NCBI GenBank assembly: GCA_002269645.1
Contig: NIVC01000268.1
Span: forward strand, 593,647 to 657,646
Direction of reading: 5' to 3'
DNA from: Macrostomum lignano
Lineage: Eukaryota
DNA length: 64,000 nucleotides
In this document: positions 23,833 through 35,900 of the stretch, piece after piece
How the letters are laid out: each line of letters opens with the position of its first letter
Numbering within the stretch: the first letter of the stretch is position 1
Translations under genes and position numbers: made by a program
Notes under the pieces: model-generated
The model's input: the letters and a program-made list of their open reading frames with translations, nothing else
Databases searched by the model: none
Told to the model about the DNA's origin: nothing

Positions 23833-26828
23833 CTAGCAATCTACGCCCCCCGTTGGGGAGCCAAAGAAATGCAATACACGTTTTTTTAATAAACTACATG
23901 TATCCTTGAAATCTTAAAAAATCTCCTGTCAAACCTTGTAAGCCTTGACATGTCAGTAATTCCCCCCCCACAAGCTTTAACATATCAACTTCCCCCCTTG
24001 ACATCTCAGCAATGCCCCAAATAAGCCTTGGAAATCTAAAAATATCTGTCAACCTTCTAACCCTAACCCTAGCCTAACCCTAACCCTAACCCTAACCCTA
24101 ACCCTAACCTAACCCTAAAGCATTGAAATTTCAGTAATTCTCTCTAAGAGTCATTATAGCACTACTACAGCATTATAGCGATTCCCTGCAAGCCTCGACA
24201 TCGTAGAGATTCCCAAATGAATCTCTTAACTTCGACATGAAGCTTATTTTATTTTTTACATTACGCTTTTTTTATCAGCGATCCCTCCCCAGAGGAGGCA
24301 TCAAATAATGTAATAAAAAGTTTTCAATAAACTACATGTAGCTTCTGACTTTAGCCTTGAAATCTCATTTATACCCCCGTGAACCTTGACATCTCAGATA
24401 TTCCCCCGTAAGTCTTAACATGTCAGCGATGGCCCCCATAAACCTTGAAATCTAAAAAATACCCTGTTATTCTGTTAACCTTGAAATCCGATAAAATATA
24501 ACCCTCAACCCACACCTGACCTAAACCTAACTTTAACCCAACCTAAAGCCTTGAAATCTCAGCAATTCTTCTCCCCTAAGCCTTGACATTTTAGTGATTC
24601 CTTCTTTAAGAATCACAGCACTATAACGATTTCCACCAAGCTTTGACATCGTAGCAATTCCCAAATGAATCTTTTAACTTCGACATGACTTTTCTTTTAT
24701 GTATACGTAGTGCTACTTTTATTTTTTACATGACTCTTCTTCTATCAGCGCCCCCCCGTGGCGAGCCAACAAATAATGCAATAAAAAAATTGAGTAAAGT
24801 ACATGAACTTTGAAGTAGCTTCTGACTTTTGCTTTGACATCTCAGAACCCCCCCCCCCGTAATCTCAGTTATTCTCTGAGAGCCTTTACGTCTCAGTTTT
24901 TCCTCCCCAGCACAGCATTATAGCTGCATTTAATTTTTACATGACACCCTTCATGTCTGACATGACGCTTCTTTTATTCTACCATGATGCTTCTTAATTT
25001 TTTAAATGACACTTTCATTAGTTTTTAAATGAGGCTCCTATGATTTTTTCATGACGCTTCTATGATTTTTACATGACACTTCTATGATTTTTTATATGAC
25101 GCTTCTATGATTGTTTATATGACGCTTCTATGCTTTTTACATGACGCTTCTATGATTTTTTTACATAACGCTTCCATGATTGTTTACATGACGCTTCTAT
25201 GATTGTTTACATGACGCTTCTATGATTGTTTACATGACGCTTCTATGATTTTTTACATGACGCTTCTATGATTATTTCATGACGCTTCTACGATTTCTGC
25301 AGGACGCTTCGATGATTTTTACATGACGCTTTTATGATTTTTACATGACGCTTCTATGATTGTTTACATGACGCTTCTATGATTGTTTATACGACGCTTC
25401 TATGATTTTTACATGACGCTTCTATGCTTTTTACATGACGCTTCTATGATTGTTTACATGACGCTTCTATGATTGTTTCATGACGCTTCTATGATTGTTT
25501 ACATGACGCTTCTATGATTGTTTACATGACGCTTCTATGATTGTTTACATGACGCTTCTATGATTGTTTATACGACGCTTCTATGATTTTTACATGACGC
25601 TTCTATGCTTTTTACATGACGCTTCTATGATTTTTTACATGACGCTTCTATGATTGTTTCATGACGCTTCTATGATTGTTTACATGACGCTTCTATGATT
25701 GTTTACATGACGCTTCTATGATTGTTTACATGACGCTTCTATGATTGTTTATACGACGCTTCTATGATTTTTACATGACGCTTCTATGCTTTTTACATGA
25801 CGCTTCTATGATTTTTTACATGACGCTTCTATGATTGTTTCATGACGCTTCTATGATTTTTTACATGGCGCTTCTATGATTGTTTACATGACGCTTCTAT
25901 GATTTTTTACATGACGCTTCTATGATTGTTTACATGACGCTTCTATGATTGTTTAAATGACGCTTCTATGATTGTTTACATGACGCTTCTATGATTGTTT
26001 ACATGACGCTTCTATGATTGTTTACATGACGCTTCTATGATTGTTTAAATGACGCTTCTCTGATTGTTTACATGACGCTTCTATGATTGTTTACATGACG
26101 CTTCTATGATTGTTTACATGACGCTTCTATGATTTTTTACATGACGCTTCTATGATTGTTTACATGACGCTTCTATGATTTTTTACATGACGCTTCTATG
26201 ATTTTTACATGACGATTCTTTTTAAAAAGTCTTTTAGTTTTCCTGACGTTGAAAAGCTTTAATTAAAAAATTATACTTTATGAAAATTCGAACCATCGTC
26301 GCTGCATTTAACAGTTCAGTTTGTTCACCTCTAGGCTAGCTCTCATCGTTTTGATAACATCAAATTTTGCACTTATATAATTCAACACTTTAAAATCCAA
26401 GCATAGAGTAAATCACACGAAGCAGTTATGACATAATCAGTTTCTCAGTCAGTCAGTATCAGTTAACAATATGGTTACGCAATCTAAATCAAGTCTGGTG
26501 CTACGCTTCCACACTGCATTTTCAATTCAAGTCGGAGTTACAATTCAGTTATGATGCAATCTATTTCAGAATCAGAATTCAACCAGTCAGTTTTTTCTCT
26601 AGCATTCTTACAATGCATTTCAAGTCGAAAAGTTTGCTTGACCTTTGCAAAAAAGCATGTTTTTCGAATATTTAATGCCTTTAGCATCAAGAAATTTCTT
26701 AGCCACGATGCATGTACAGTCACGGGAAAATTTCTGATCGAACAGTGCAAGTTCGAACAAAATCGGTACAGCCATTTTTTCTCTAATCGATCACATAGAC
26801 ACAGACAGACCATTTTTAGTATATAGGA
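23833..26828 (-). mobile_element. Non-autonomous Helitron unit H4 (~3.0 kb)
   Basis: Outer 5' end A|TCCTATATACTAAAAATGG at 26828; internal 23930-25050 is homologous to H2 15560-16700. Confidence 0.8.
25030..26215. repeat. 23-bp satellite CATGACGCTTCTATGATTGTTTA (H4)
   Basis: Read directly, ~50 copies. Confidence 0.95.
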
Positions 26829-27703
26829 TTTACGCCTGAATTTATGGTAATAGCTATATGTATTTTGCGTTAAAACTCACAAAAAATGTTCACATGTGGT
26901 ACCCGTACAATTAGTTTCTATAATTTACATGTTACATGACATGTTACGTCATGCGTAAAATGGACGTCACAATAGGCTTTTTACATGTACTGTACGTTTT
27001 GCTCATAAAACAACAGCTGACTACTCCTTTTTTGTAACTGTCGCACAATATAAAACAGAATATCGATTGTTTATATTCTTTGAAAAGTTTTATGTTACAT
27101 TATGTAAATACAGCAGGATAACAATTAGCCGCACAAAATTGCGTCGAAATTGAAGCACAAATTGAAGCACGGCTTTAATGTTTCGTGTATAAGTTTTCGT
27201 CTTTTCGAGTATAAGTTTTAATAATTTTGGGGAATTGCTGATGAGTCATTATTTTACGCATCTTGTTTTACTTTTGAATCTACGTGTAGTGTGTACTTGT
27301 AGTAGTAGTTGATTATCTTTTTCAGCAATTTTAGTTCTGAGGAACCCTTTGTGTATGTGATGCTAAATTATAAATTAAAGACGTTTTTATGTTCTTTTTT
27401 CAATTCAAGATTAGTGTATGTAGTAAAAATGTAGTATTTACCAGTAATCTACAAGTTAAAGGTTTTGAGTTTTTTTCAGAAGACAAGTTACTAAGGTTGA
27501 AAGAAAATTTAGATCGCATATTTTATAGAAACTATCTAGCCAACCAGAAAAAAACGTTGAGGTAGCAACCTATAGCTACTAAACCGTTACAAAAGTAATT
27601 TTATTGGTAAAAATCCTTCATACTCCACATACATTTCAGAAACGCATTCTCAGCCGAATTGTTCACTTTTATTTTCAAAGTAGGAGGCTGTCCAATCATT
27701 TAT

Positions 27704-27811
27704 AATCCCACATCCGATGCTCTCTTTGAAAGTCATCTCGAAGAGTTCCTCTGGCGTCGCATGTACCCTACCAACGTCTTCGGTGCAGTGCTGTATTGGA
27801 TTGCCCATTAA
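27704..27811 (+). pseudogene. Merlin/IS1595-family transposase C-terminal fragment
   Basis: NPTSDALFESHLEEFLWRRMYPTNVFGAVLYWIAH* fits the family tail pattern TS..LF.SYL.EF(M/L)WR......F..(I/V)L..IA, recognised from memory. Confidence 0.55.
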
Positions 27812-28447
27812 TATCCTGTTAATCCTGTAACTGCGATGTTATAGTCCTGTTAATGTTCACTTGTTTGATTGTTCATGACGTTGGCGCGTATTCAAAAGTA
27901 AAAATAATTACGCGAAACAAACTACAACATCAATGCCATAGTTGCACATATATTACACGTGAAATCTCCTTATGATTTTCAGTTCAGTTTCAGTTTTGTA
28001 TCCTTGCTGCCCTACCATCTCACTAACCTGCATGCTTCAAAAGATTAATAAATCAAAGCAAGACAACCTGACAAGTAGGCCCCTAGCTTATGACTATGAC
28101 TATAGATATTACTACTTGAGAATGAATGATTGAATTATTGCAAACCAGGATTGGAATCCCAATGGTTAATCCTAGGATTTTCTAATCCCAGAGAAGTGTG
28201 ATCCCAGAATTTAGAATCCCAGGATTCAAGCATAATTAAAATCCCAGTATTATAGGATAGGATCCCAGGATCCTGGGATTGTATTCCTTAAATAGGACAA
28301 TGGATGGATATATAGGCCTATTATATATTTTTTGTGATGCTTAAAATCAATCTATTGCTTTAAGCAGGCAATACTTAAAGCAGTATATTCCTTAGGGGAT
28401 ATATATCATATCATAAATTGGTAATAATTGTATTACTACTAGGCCTA

Positions 28448-28660
28448 GTTGGGGGGACAGAGGGGACATGTCCCCCCTCCTAGTAAAAGCTATGAAGGGC
28501 ATGCCAATGCTTTGTCCCTTACCCTACCTTATAAACCATTCTTGTAGGCCTAATCAATAATTTTTCTTTAGGGTGCCAAAATGTAGTGCTTTTGGTGCCA
28601 AAATAAGTGCCTGCAATGTTAAAAAGAGTGCCTATTATGCCAACATAAATGCTTGATTGG
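28448..28660. mobile_element. Heavily GC-to-AT mutated third copy of the CAGGGGCG MITE
   Basis: GGGGACAGAGGGGACATGTCC...AAAAGCTATG...ATGCCAATGCTTTGT...TCAATAATTTTTCTT..GGGTGCCAAAATGTAG aligns with 5062-5230. Confidence 0.8.
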
Positions 28661-29016
28661 TAATATATAATAGCAATATCAATCTTTAAGGATATTATAT
28701 TATTTGGCATCCTAATTCCAAGGATTAGGCCTAGTTTTTCTAGTATATAAGTATAGTGAATTAACTTTTGTATATTTAGTTATTTTCTTTTAAATAATTA
28801 TTTTCAATTCAGTTTAGGGCCTATAATTGTATGGTATATATAGATTCTGATATTTAACAGATGTATGATATTTGATTACACAGCCAAATAAGCTTTTAGA
28901 AAAAAATTCGCATATGTGTTTCAAAGAATAAGAATTATATAGTGTCATTTTTAGTTTTTATAAATGAAAGCAAAAAGCTTTTGCCCTAAAAGCTAGCTAT
29001 CTAGGGTAAGATATTC

Positions 29017-29838
29017 GGTTCCTGGACACTTCGTCATCTTACCAGTTCGTCATCCAGATGACGAAGTGACCATGGTTTTTGGACGCTTCGTCATACAAAA
29101 AAATTGTTAGAAATCTAGATGACGAAGTGACCAAATTTTGAGGACACTTCGTCATCCCAAGATTTCGCAAAGCTGTAAAATTGTTATTTGATTCGATTAA
29201 TAGTCTGTAAAATATAGGATTAAATACATGTTTAGGGATTCAACTTCTCGCTATAATTGCATGGCATCTAAATGCACGCTGTATGTGTACAAGTGTTCAT
29301 TGTAATTTTATTATAGCTTCGCTTCCACAAACATGTGTGGAGTTATAACGATGTAGATTTAAATATGTTGATGAATAGTGTTTTTTTGTGTATTTATTAT
29401 TATTATTTTTTTAATTGCATTTTATTTTGCTATTCAGGTATGCATTTTGCCAATTTATTGTTATTTTTGTTTTACTATATGATTCCAAGATATTGTATGA
29501 TTTAAACCGCGAATAGAATTCAATTTTCAAGTACTGATCGCGATCGCGATCTCTTCCCTTCTCTAGCTCTTCCCCCGTCGTAGTTAATCCTCATTATTAT
29601 CAGTTAGTTAATCAGTTAGTTTTTTAATCCTCAGTGTAGCCACCTATATTTATGACTACTCGATCCAACTTAGCTGACGAAGTTACATATAGCTATTCAA
29701 TAAGTTTTTTAGACAAAGTGGATGACGAAGTGTCCAGGGAGTAGATGACGATGTGTCCACAATAGTATCGTAGATGACGAAGTGTCTAGAAATATGAGTG
29801 GATGACGAAGTGGTAAGATGACGAAGTGTCCAGGAACC
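29017..29838. mobile_element. 822-bp non-autonomous TIR element (Merlin- or Mutator-like) with an exact 8-bp TSD
   Basis: 28-bp perfect TIR GGTTCCTGGACACTTCGTCATCTTACCA; TSD AGATATTC at 29009-29016 and 29839-29846; subterminal GATGACGAAGTG repeats. Confidence 0.9.
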
Positions 29839-30039
29839 AGATATTCTAGCCTAAGATGTTAGCATCCCCTTTAAGCTATCTCTTAACTATACTTTTTTCT
29901 TTCCCTTTGATGTTTGGCCTACCAATCATTCTTAATTGACCCATCCATTGGCAATCTAAACAATATATGAGCCAAAGCATTTTAGCAAGTCTTTCATGTG
30001 ACTTTATATCCCAACAACTCACCTCATAAGCTATAGAAT

Positions 30040-30765
30040 CTTAGCAATCCCCCATGACATCTTAGCAATCCCCTTTTATAAGCCTTGGCATCTTAGCAAT
30101 TGCTCCTCTCACAACACAAGCCTTGACATCTCAGCAATTCCCTCCCTCACAAGCCTTGACATCTCAGCAATTCCCCCCTCCCACAAGCCTTGACATCTCA
30201 GCAATTCCCCTCCCCCACAAGCCTTGACATCTCAGCAATTCCCCTCCCCCACAAGCCTTGACGTCTCAGCAATTCCCCTCCCCCACAAGCCTTGACATCT
30301 CAGCAATTCCCCTCCCCCACAAGACTTGAAATCTCAGCAATTCCCCTCCCCCATAAGCCTTGACATCTTAGCGATTCCCCTTCCCCCATAAGCCTTGACA
30401 TCTTAGCAATTCCCCTCCCCCACAAGCCTTGACATCTCAGCAATTCCCCTCCCCACAAGACTTGAAATCTCAGCAATTCCCCTCCCCCATAAGCCTTGAC
30501 ATCTTAGCGATTCCCCTTCCCCCATAAGCCTTGACATCTTAGCGATTCCCCTCCCGCCATAAGCCTGACATCTTAAGCAATTCCCCTCCCCCACAAGACT
30601 TGACATCTCAGCAATTCCCCTCCCCCATAAGCCTTGACATCTTAGCGATTCCCCTCCCCCCATAAGCCTTGACATCTTAGCAATTCCCCTCCCCCCATAC
30701 CATAAGCCTTGACATCTTAGCAATTCCCCTCCCCCCATACCATAAGCCTTGACATCTTAGCAATT
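30040..30765. repeat. ~34-bp satellite AGCCTTGACATCTCAGCAATTCCCCTCCCCCACA
   Basis: Read directly; the monomer also occurs dispersed inside Helitrons H2 and H4. Confidence 0.9.
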
Positions 30766-30802
30766 CTCTCAGCTTCTCTCAGCATCTCAGCTTAGATAAG
30801 CT

Positions 30803-30870
30803 GGGAGATGGTAGCTTATTGGTTAGAGCATCGGCTTGTAACTGAGAGATCAGGGGTTTGATTTTTGACC
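30803..30870 (+). mobile_element. Decayed tRNA-derived SINE head or tRNA-Thr(TGT)-like pseudogene
   Basis: A box TAGCTTATTGG (30812-30822), anticodon arm TCGG-CTTGTAA-CTGA, B box GGTTTGATT (C-to-T from GGTTCGATT). Confidence 0.5.
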
Positions 30871-31040
30871 TGACCTAATTGGAACCCCTGTTGGTTGCAC
30901 ATCTGTCCATTAAGGCAGGTGTAATAAAAAATAACTTTTTTTCTATTGAGATTGCTTAGTCAATTAACAAAAATGTTCTGAAACCTAGAAGAAATGCTAA
31001 AAAATGACACAAGGCACTAACTGGATTATTTAAACATCTC

Positions 31041-31935
31041 ATGCAGCAGAAGCAGCGTCCATACTGGTTTCACGGCCAGTTGGGTCGCGAAGAAACTGAG
31101 CGTCGTTTACACGCTCAAGGCGGCCATGGCGACTATCTAGTTAGATATTCCAGCGCCACTGGCAAATATGTTCTGTCATTGCTGCACACTGACGGCTCGA
31201 TCTATCATTATCCAATTGATCGATTGGACGATGGTTTCTATCAATTAAGAGGAACTGAATCGAAATTTCTCGGCTTGGATTTGTTGCTAACTGATTTTAG
31301 TAGGGCTCTAGTTGAAGCATCGGGCGGCATTGTCAGACGGTTGGGTAGGCACGTACAAGCGCAGGAGCCTCCGCCCGCGGAGCTGATAGTCTATGGCACA
31401 ACCACCCCCCTGCACGAGGCTGTACGTCGCGGCGATACATTAGAAATTCGTCGCTTATTGTTAAGCTTGTTACAGTTGGCTAAGACTACTACTAGTAGTA
31501 GTGGTCAGTTGTCAATATCTATTGTGAATGAGAAATCAGCAGATACCGGTTCTACAGCTTTGATTGATGCAGCTAAGACTGGCAATGCCGATTCTGTTAG
31601 ACTGCTGTTGGAGGCTGGGGCAAATACGGCACTGTGGGACTGCGCTGGTTATTCTGCGTTGCATCGAGCTGCTCAGAAAGATTTTGTCAGCGTTGTGGAG
31701 CTGCTGCTCACGCTGGGGAAAGCTGATCCACAGGTTAGCTTTAGGTGGACAAAATCTGACACTTGAAAATGCTGTGGGAGAGTCAGGGTGCGAGTCAGGA
31801 GGTAGAAGAGTCAGGGGATGGCAGGATCAGGTAATGAGAGAGTCAGCTAAGAGAATCAGGGATAAGAGAGAGTCAGATGAGAGAACCAGAAATGAGAATC
31901 GGAGAGAGAGCGATGAGAGAATCAACCACGAGACT

Positions 31936-31991
<56 letters not shown>

Positions 31992-32789
31992 CAGGGATGA
32001 GACTCAGAGAGAGTCAGATGAGAGAATCAGGGATGAGACTCAGAGAGAGTCAAATGAGAGAATCAATCAGGGATGAAACACAGAGAGAGTCAGATGAGAG
32101 AATCAATCAGGGATGAGACTCAGAGAGAGTCAGATGAGAGAATCAATCAGGGATGAGACACAGAGAGAGTCAGATAAGAGAATCAGGAATGAGAGTTCGG
32201 GATGAGAGCTAGAGCCAGGGAAAGAATGTGAGAGTCAGAGAGGGCAAGGTAAAGTCAGAATGGGAAAAGGATAAGAAATATTAGGCAAATTAACCCCTCC
32301 CCCAATTATCGTCCCCATCGCCGCGCAGATCCGCTGCCCCCTATCCGGCAACAGTCCCCTTCACGAGGCCGCCATTCTGGGCCACTCGAATTGCGCCAGT
32401 GCTCTGCTTCGCCACGGAGCTGCCGCGCATCCTTTGAACGCCGACGAGGAGATGCCCTACGAATTGGCGCTGAGATTCGGCTTCGCTGAGCTGGCAGACT
32501 ATCTGGCTGATTGGCCAGCGGAGGAGCTGGAGGACGGGCTGGAGGATGGCGACTCGGAGGTGAGCTGTCTGTCTGCCTGTCTGTCTGCCTGTCTGCCTGT
32601 CTGCCTGTCTGCCTGTCTGTCTGTCTGTCTGTCTGCCTGTCTGCCTGTCTGCCTGTCTGTCTGCCTGCCTGTCTGCCTGTCTGCCTGTCTGTCTGCCTGC
32701 CTGTCTGCCTGTCTGCCTGTCTGCCTGTCTGTCTGTCTGCCTGTCTGTCTGTCTGCCTGTCTGCCTGTCTGCCTGTCTGTCTGTCTGCC

Positions 32790-32822
<33 letters not shown>

Positions 32823-32859
32823 GCCTGTCTGTCTGTCTGTCTGTCTGCCTCTGTCTGCC

Positions 32860-32958
<99 letters not shown>

Positions 32959-35900
32959 CTGTCTCATAAAACTCCAATCCCCCTCCCCAAAACCTCCTCA
33001 CTGTCCTCAGTCGCACCTGCAGCGCCAGCTGTCCACCGCAGTGTGGTACCACCCCAGCCTCAGCCGCGCGGACACTGACGCGGCCATGAGGTCGCTGAGC
33101 AACCCGCCGCTAGACGGTGACTTTCTAGTTCGCTTGTCGACCTCCACAACCAGCGCGGCCGATGATTTCGACGATAGCGGCGCCTCTGCAGGCACGATTG
33201 CCGCTAGCCATCGAAGCTTGCCTACAATCCAATGTCTAGGCATCAGAAACGATTTGTACTCTGTTTAGCCAGCTCCGGTTCAGTGTATAAATACGCGATA
33301 GACTGCGATGCTGGCGCCTATCCGGTGTCTTCTACTGCTGCTGCAACTGTCGGTTTGCCTACTGGTCGAAGATTGCGAAGAAAACGTGACGCTTGGTACA
33401 TTGGCGGCGGGCCAAGGCATCCGAGTCTGGGTGAGAAAGTCTGCAAGCTCATTTGCATAAGAGTCGGTGCTTGGCTCTCAATATTATCGCCCCATTTAAA
33501 AATCGCCTTTCAAAATAGCCCTGCAGAATCGCTCCACTTAAGAATCGCCCCAATTAAGAATCGCCCCACTTAAGAATCGCCCCTGCAGAATCGCCCCTTC
33601 AGAATCGCCCCTTCAGAATCGCCCCTGCAGAATCGCCCCTTCAGAATCGCCCCTGTAGAATCGCCCTTCAGAATCGCCCCTGCAGAATCGCTCCTGCAGA
33701 ATCGCCCCTGCAGAATCGCCTCTTCGGAATCGCCTCTTCAGAATCGCCCTTCAGAATCGCGCCTTCAGAATCGCCCCTTTAGAAGCGCCCCTGTAGAATC
33801 GCCTCTTCAGAATCGCCCCTGCAGAATCGCCCCTGTAGAATCGCCCCTGCAGAATCGCCCCTGCAGAATCGCCTCTTCAGAATCGCCCACTGTAGAATCG
33901 CCCCTGTAGAATCGCCCACTGCAGAATCGCCCCTGTAGAATCGCCCCTGCAGAATCGCCCCTGTAGAATCGCCTCTTCAGAATCGCCCCTGCAGAATCGC
34001 CCTTGCAGAATCGGCCTTCAAAACAATCCAAACAAATGGCCCCTCTCATCGCGTCAACCGCAGGTCACCTAATCGACTATCTGACTCGCATCCCTGACGG
34101 AATTCCCTGCCGGCTTCAGCGCCCCATTCCGCCTAGTTCAGTTCGGCCAAGCTCTCACCACCAGCAGCTGGGATTAATCCCACTAAGCCAATTGCTGCTA
34201 TTGTCAAGAATTAGTGGCAACACAGCAGCAGAAATTGATATGTTCAACGGTCGTTTGTTATCTTCAACTACTACTACTACTACTAGTAATAGCAGCAGTA
34301 GTGCATCTAATTCAACAGCCAATGTTGCCATTAAAGTTTTAACACCCAATGTCCGTTCATTTAACGACTCATCGAAAGCGCTAAAATCTCTAGCCGATGT
34401 GAAACTGTCTCAGTTGTCACACAAGAGTCTAGTTGGCTTTGTTGGCATCTGTCTTGAATCGGCTAATAATAAACTCATGATACTTAATGAGCTCTGCTCC
34501 GCGGCTTCGGCCATAGACTATGCAATCAGACAGTCGCCAGAATCTAGGCCGCTAGATTTGAGACTCTGGTGTGCTCAAGCTGCTCAAGGCATGGCCTATC
34601 TGGCCTCCAAAGGCTGTCGGCATGGTCGACTGAGTGCGAGGAATATTTTATTGACTGTCGGCACTGGGAGCGACTCCGGCGCTGACAAACTGGTCGCTAA
34701 AGTGTCCGACTTTGGATTGACTGATTTGATGACTACTGGATTTGATAAGTGAGTGAATAGATTCTTCCCAGGTTTCTGATTTGAGTTTTTTCATTGTTTC
34801 AGATCCTAACTTAAGGATTTCAACTATCCCAGACCCTCATTTGAGGAGTTCAACTATCCCAGATCCTCATTTGAGGTTTTCAACTATCCCAGATCCTCAT
34901 TTGAGGATTTCAAATATCCCAGATCCTCATTTGAGGATTTCAACTATCCCAGATCCTCATTTGACGATTTCAAATATCCCAGATCCTCGTTTGAGGATTT
35001 CAACTATCCCAGATCCTCATTTGAGGATTTCAACTATCACAGATCCTCATTTGAGGATTTCAAATGCCTCAGATCCTCATTTGACGATTTCAAATATCCC
35101 AGATCCTCGTTTGAGGATTTCAACTATCACAAATCCTCATTTGAGGATTTCAACTATCACAGATCCTCATTTGAGGATTTCAACTATCCCAGATCCTCAT
35201 TTGAGGATTTCAACTATCCCAGATCCTCATTTGAGGATTTCAACTATCCCAGATCCTCATTTGAGGATTTCAACTATCCCAGATCCTCATTTGACGATTT
35301 CAAATATCCCAGATCCTCGTTTGAGGATTTCAACTATCACAAATCCTCATTTAAGGATTTCAACTATCACAGATCCTCATTTATAGATTTAAACTATCAC
35401 AGATCCTCATTTGAGAATTTCAAATGCCTCAGATCCTCATTTGACGATTTCAAATATCCCAGATCCTCGTTTGAGGATTTCAACTATCCCAGATCCTCAT
35501 TTGAGGATTTCAACTATCACAGATCCTCATTTGAGGATTTCAACTATCACAGATCCTCATTTGAGGATTTCAACTATCCCAGATCCTCATTTGAGGATTT
35601 AAACTATCCCAGATCCTCATTTGAAGACTTCAAATATCCCAGATCCTCATTTGAGGATTTCAACTATCCCAGATCCTCATTTGAGGATTTCAACTATCCC
35701 AGATCCTCATTTGAGGATTTCAACTATCCCAGATCCTCATTTGAGGATTTCAACTATCCCAGATCCTCATTTGAGGATTTCAACTATCCAGATCCTCATT
35801 TGAGGATTTCAACTATCCCAGATCCTCATTTGAGGATTTCAACTATCACAGATCCTCATTTGAGGATTTCAACTATCCCAGATCCTCATTTGAGGATTTC

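Noticed and set aside
13984-26215. CRISPR-like appearance of the 23-30-bp repeat arrays
   Set aside because: Monomers are contiguous with no unique spacers, there are no cas genes, and the context is eukaryotic.
30803-30870. Functional tRNA-Thr gene
   Set aside because: The B box is mutated, the acceptor stem does not pair, and the downstream sequence looks like a SINE body.
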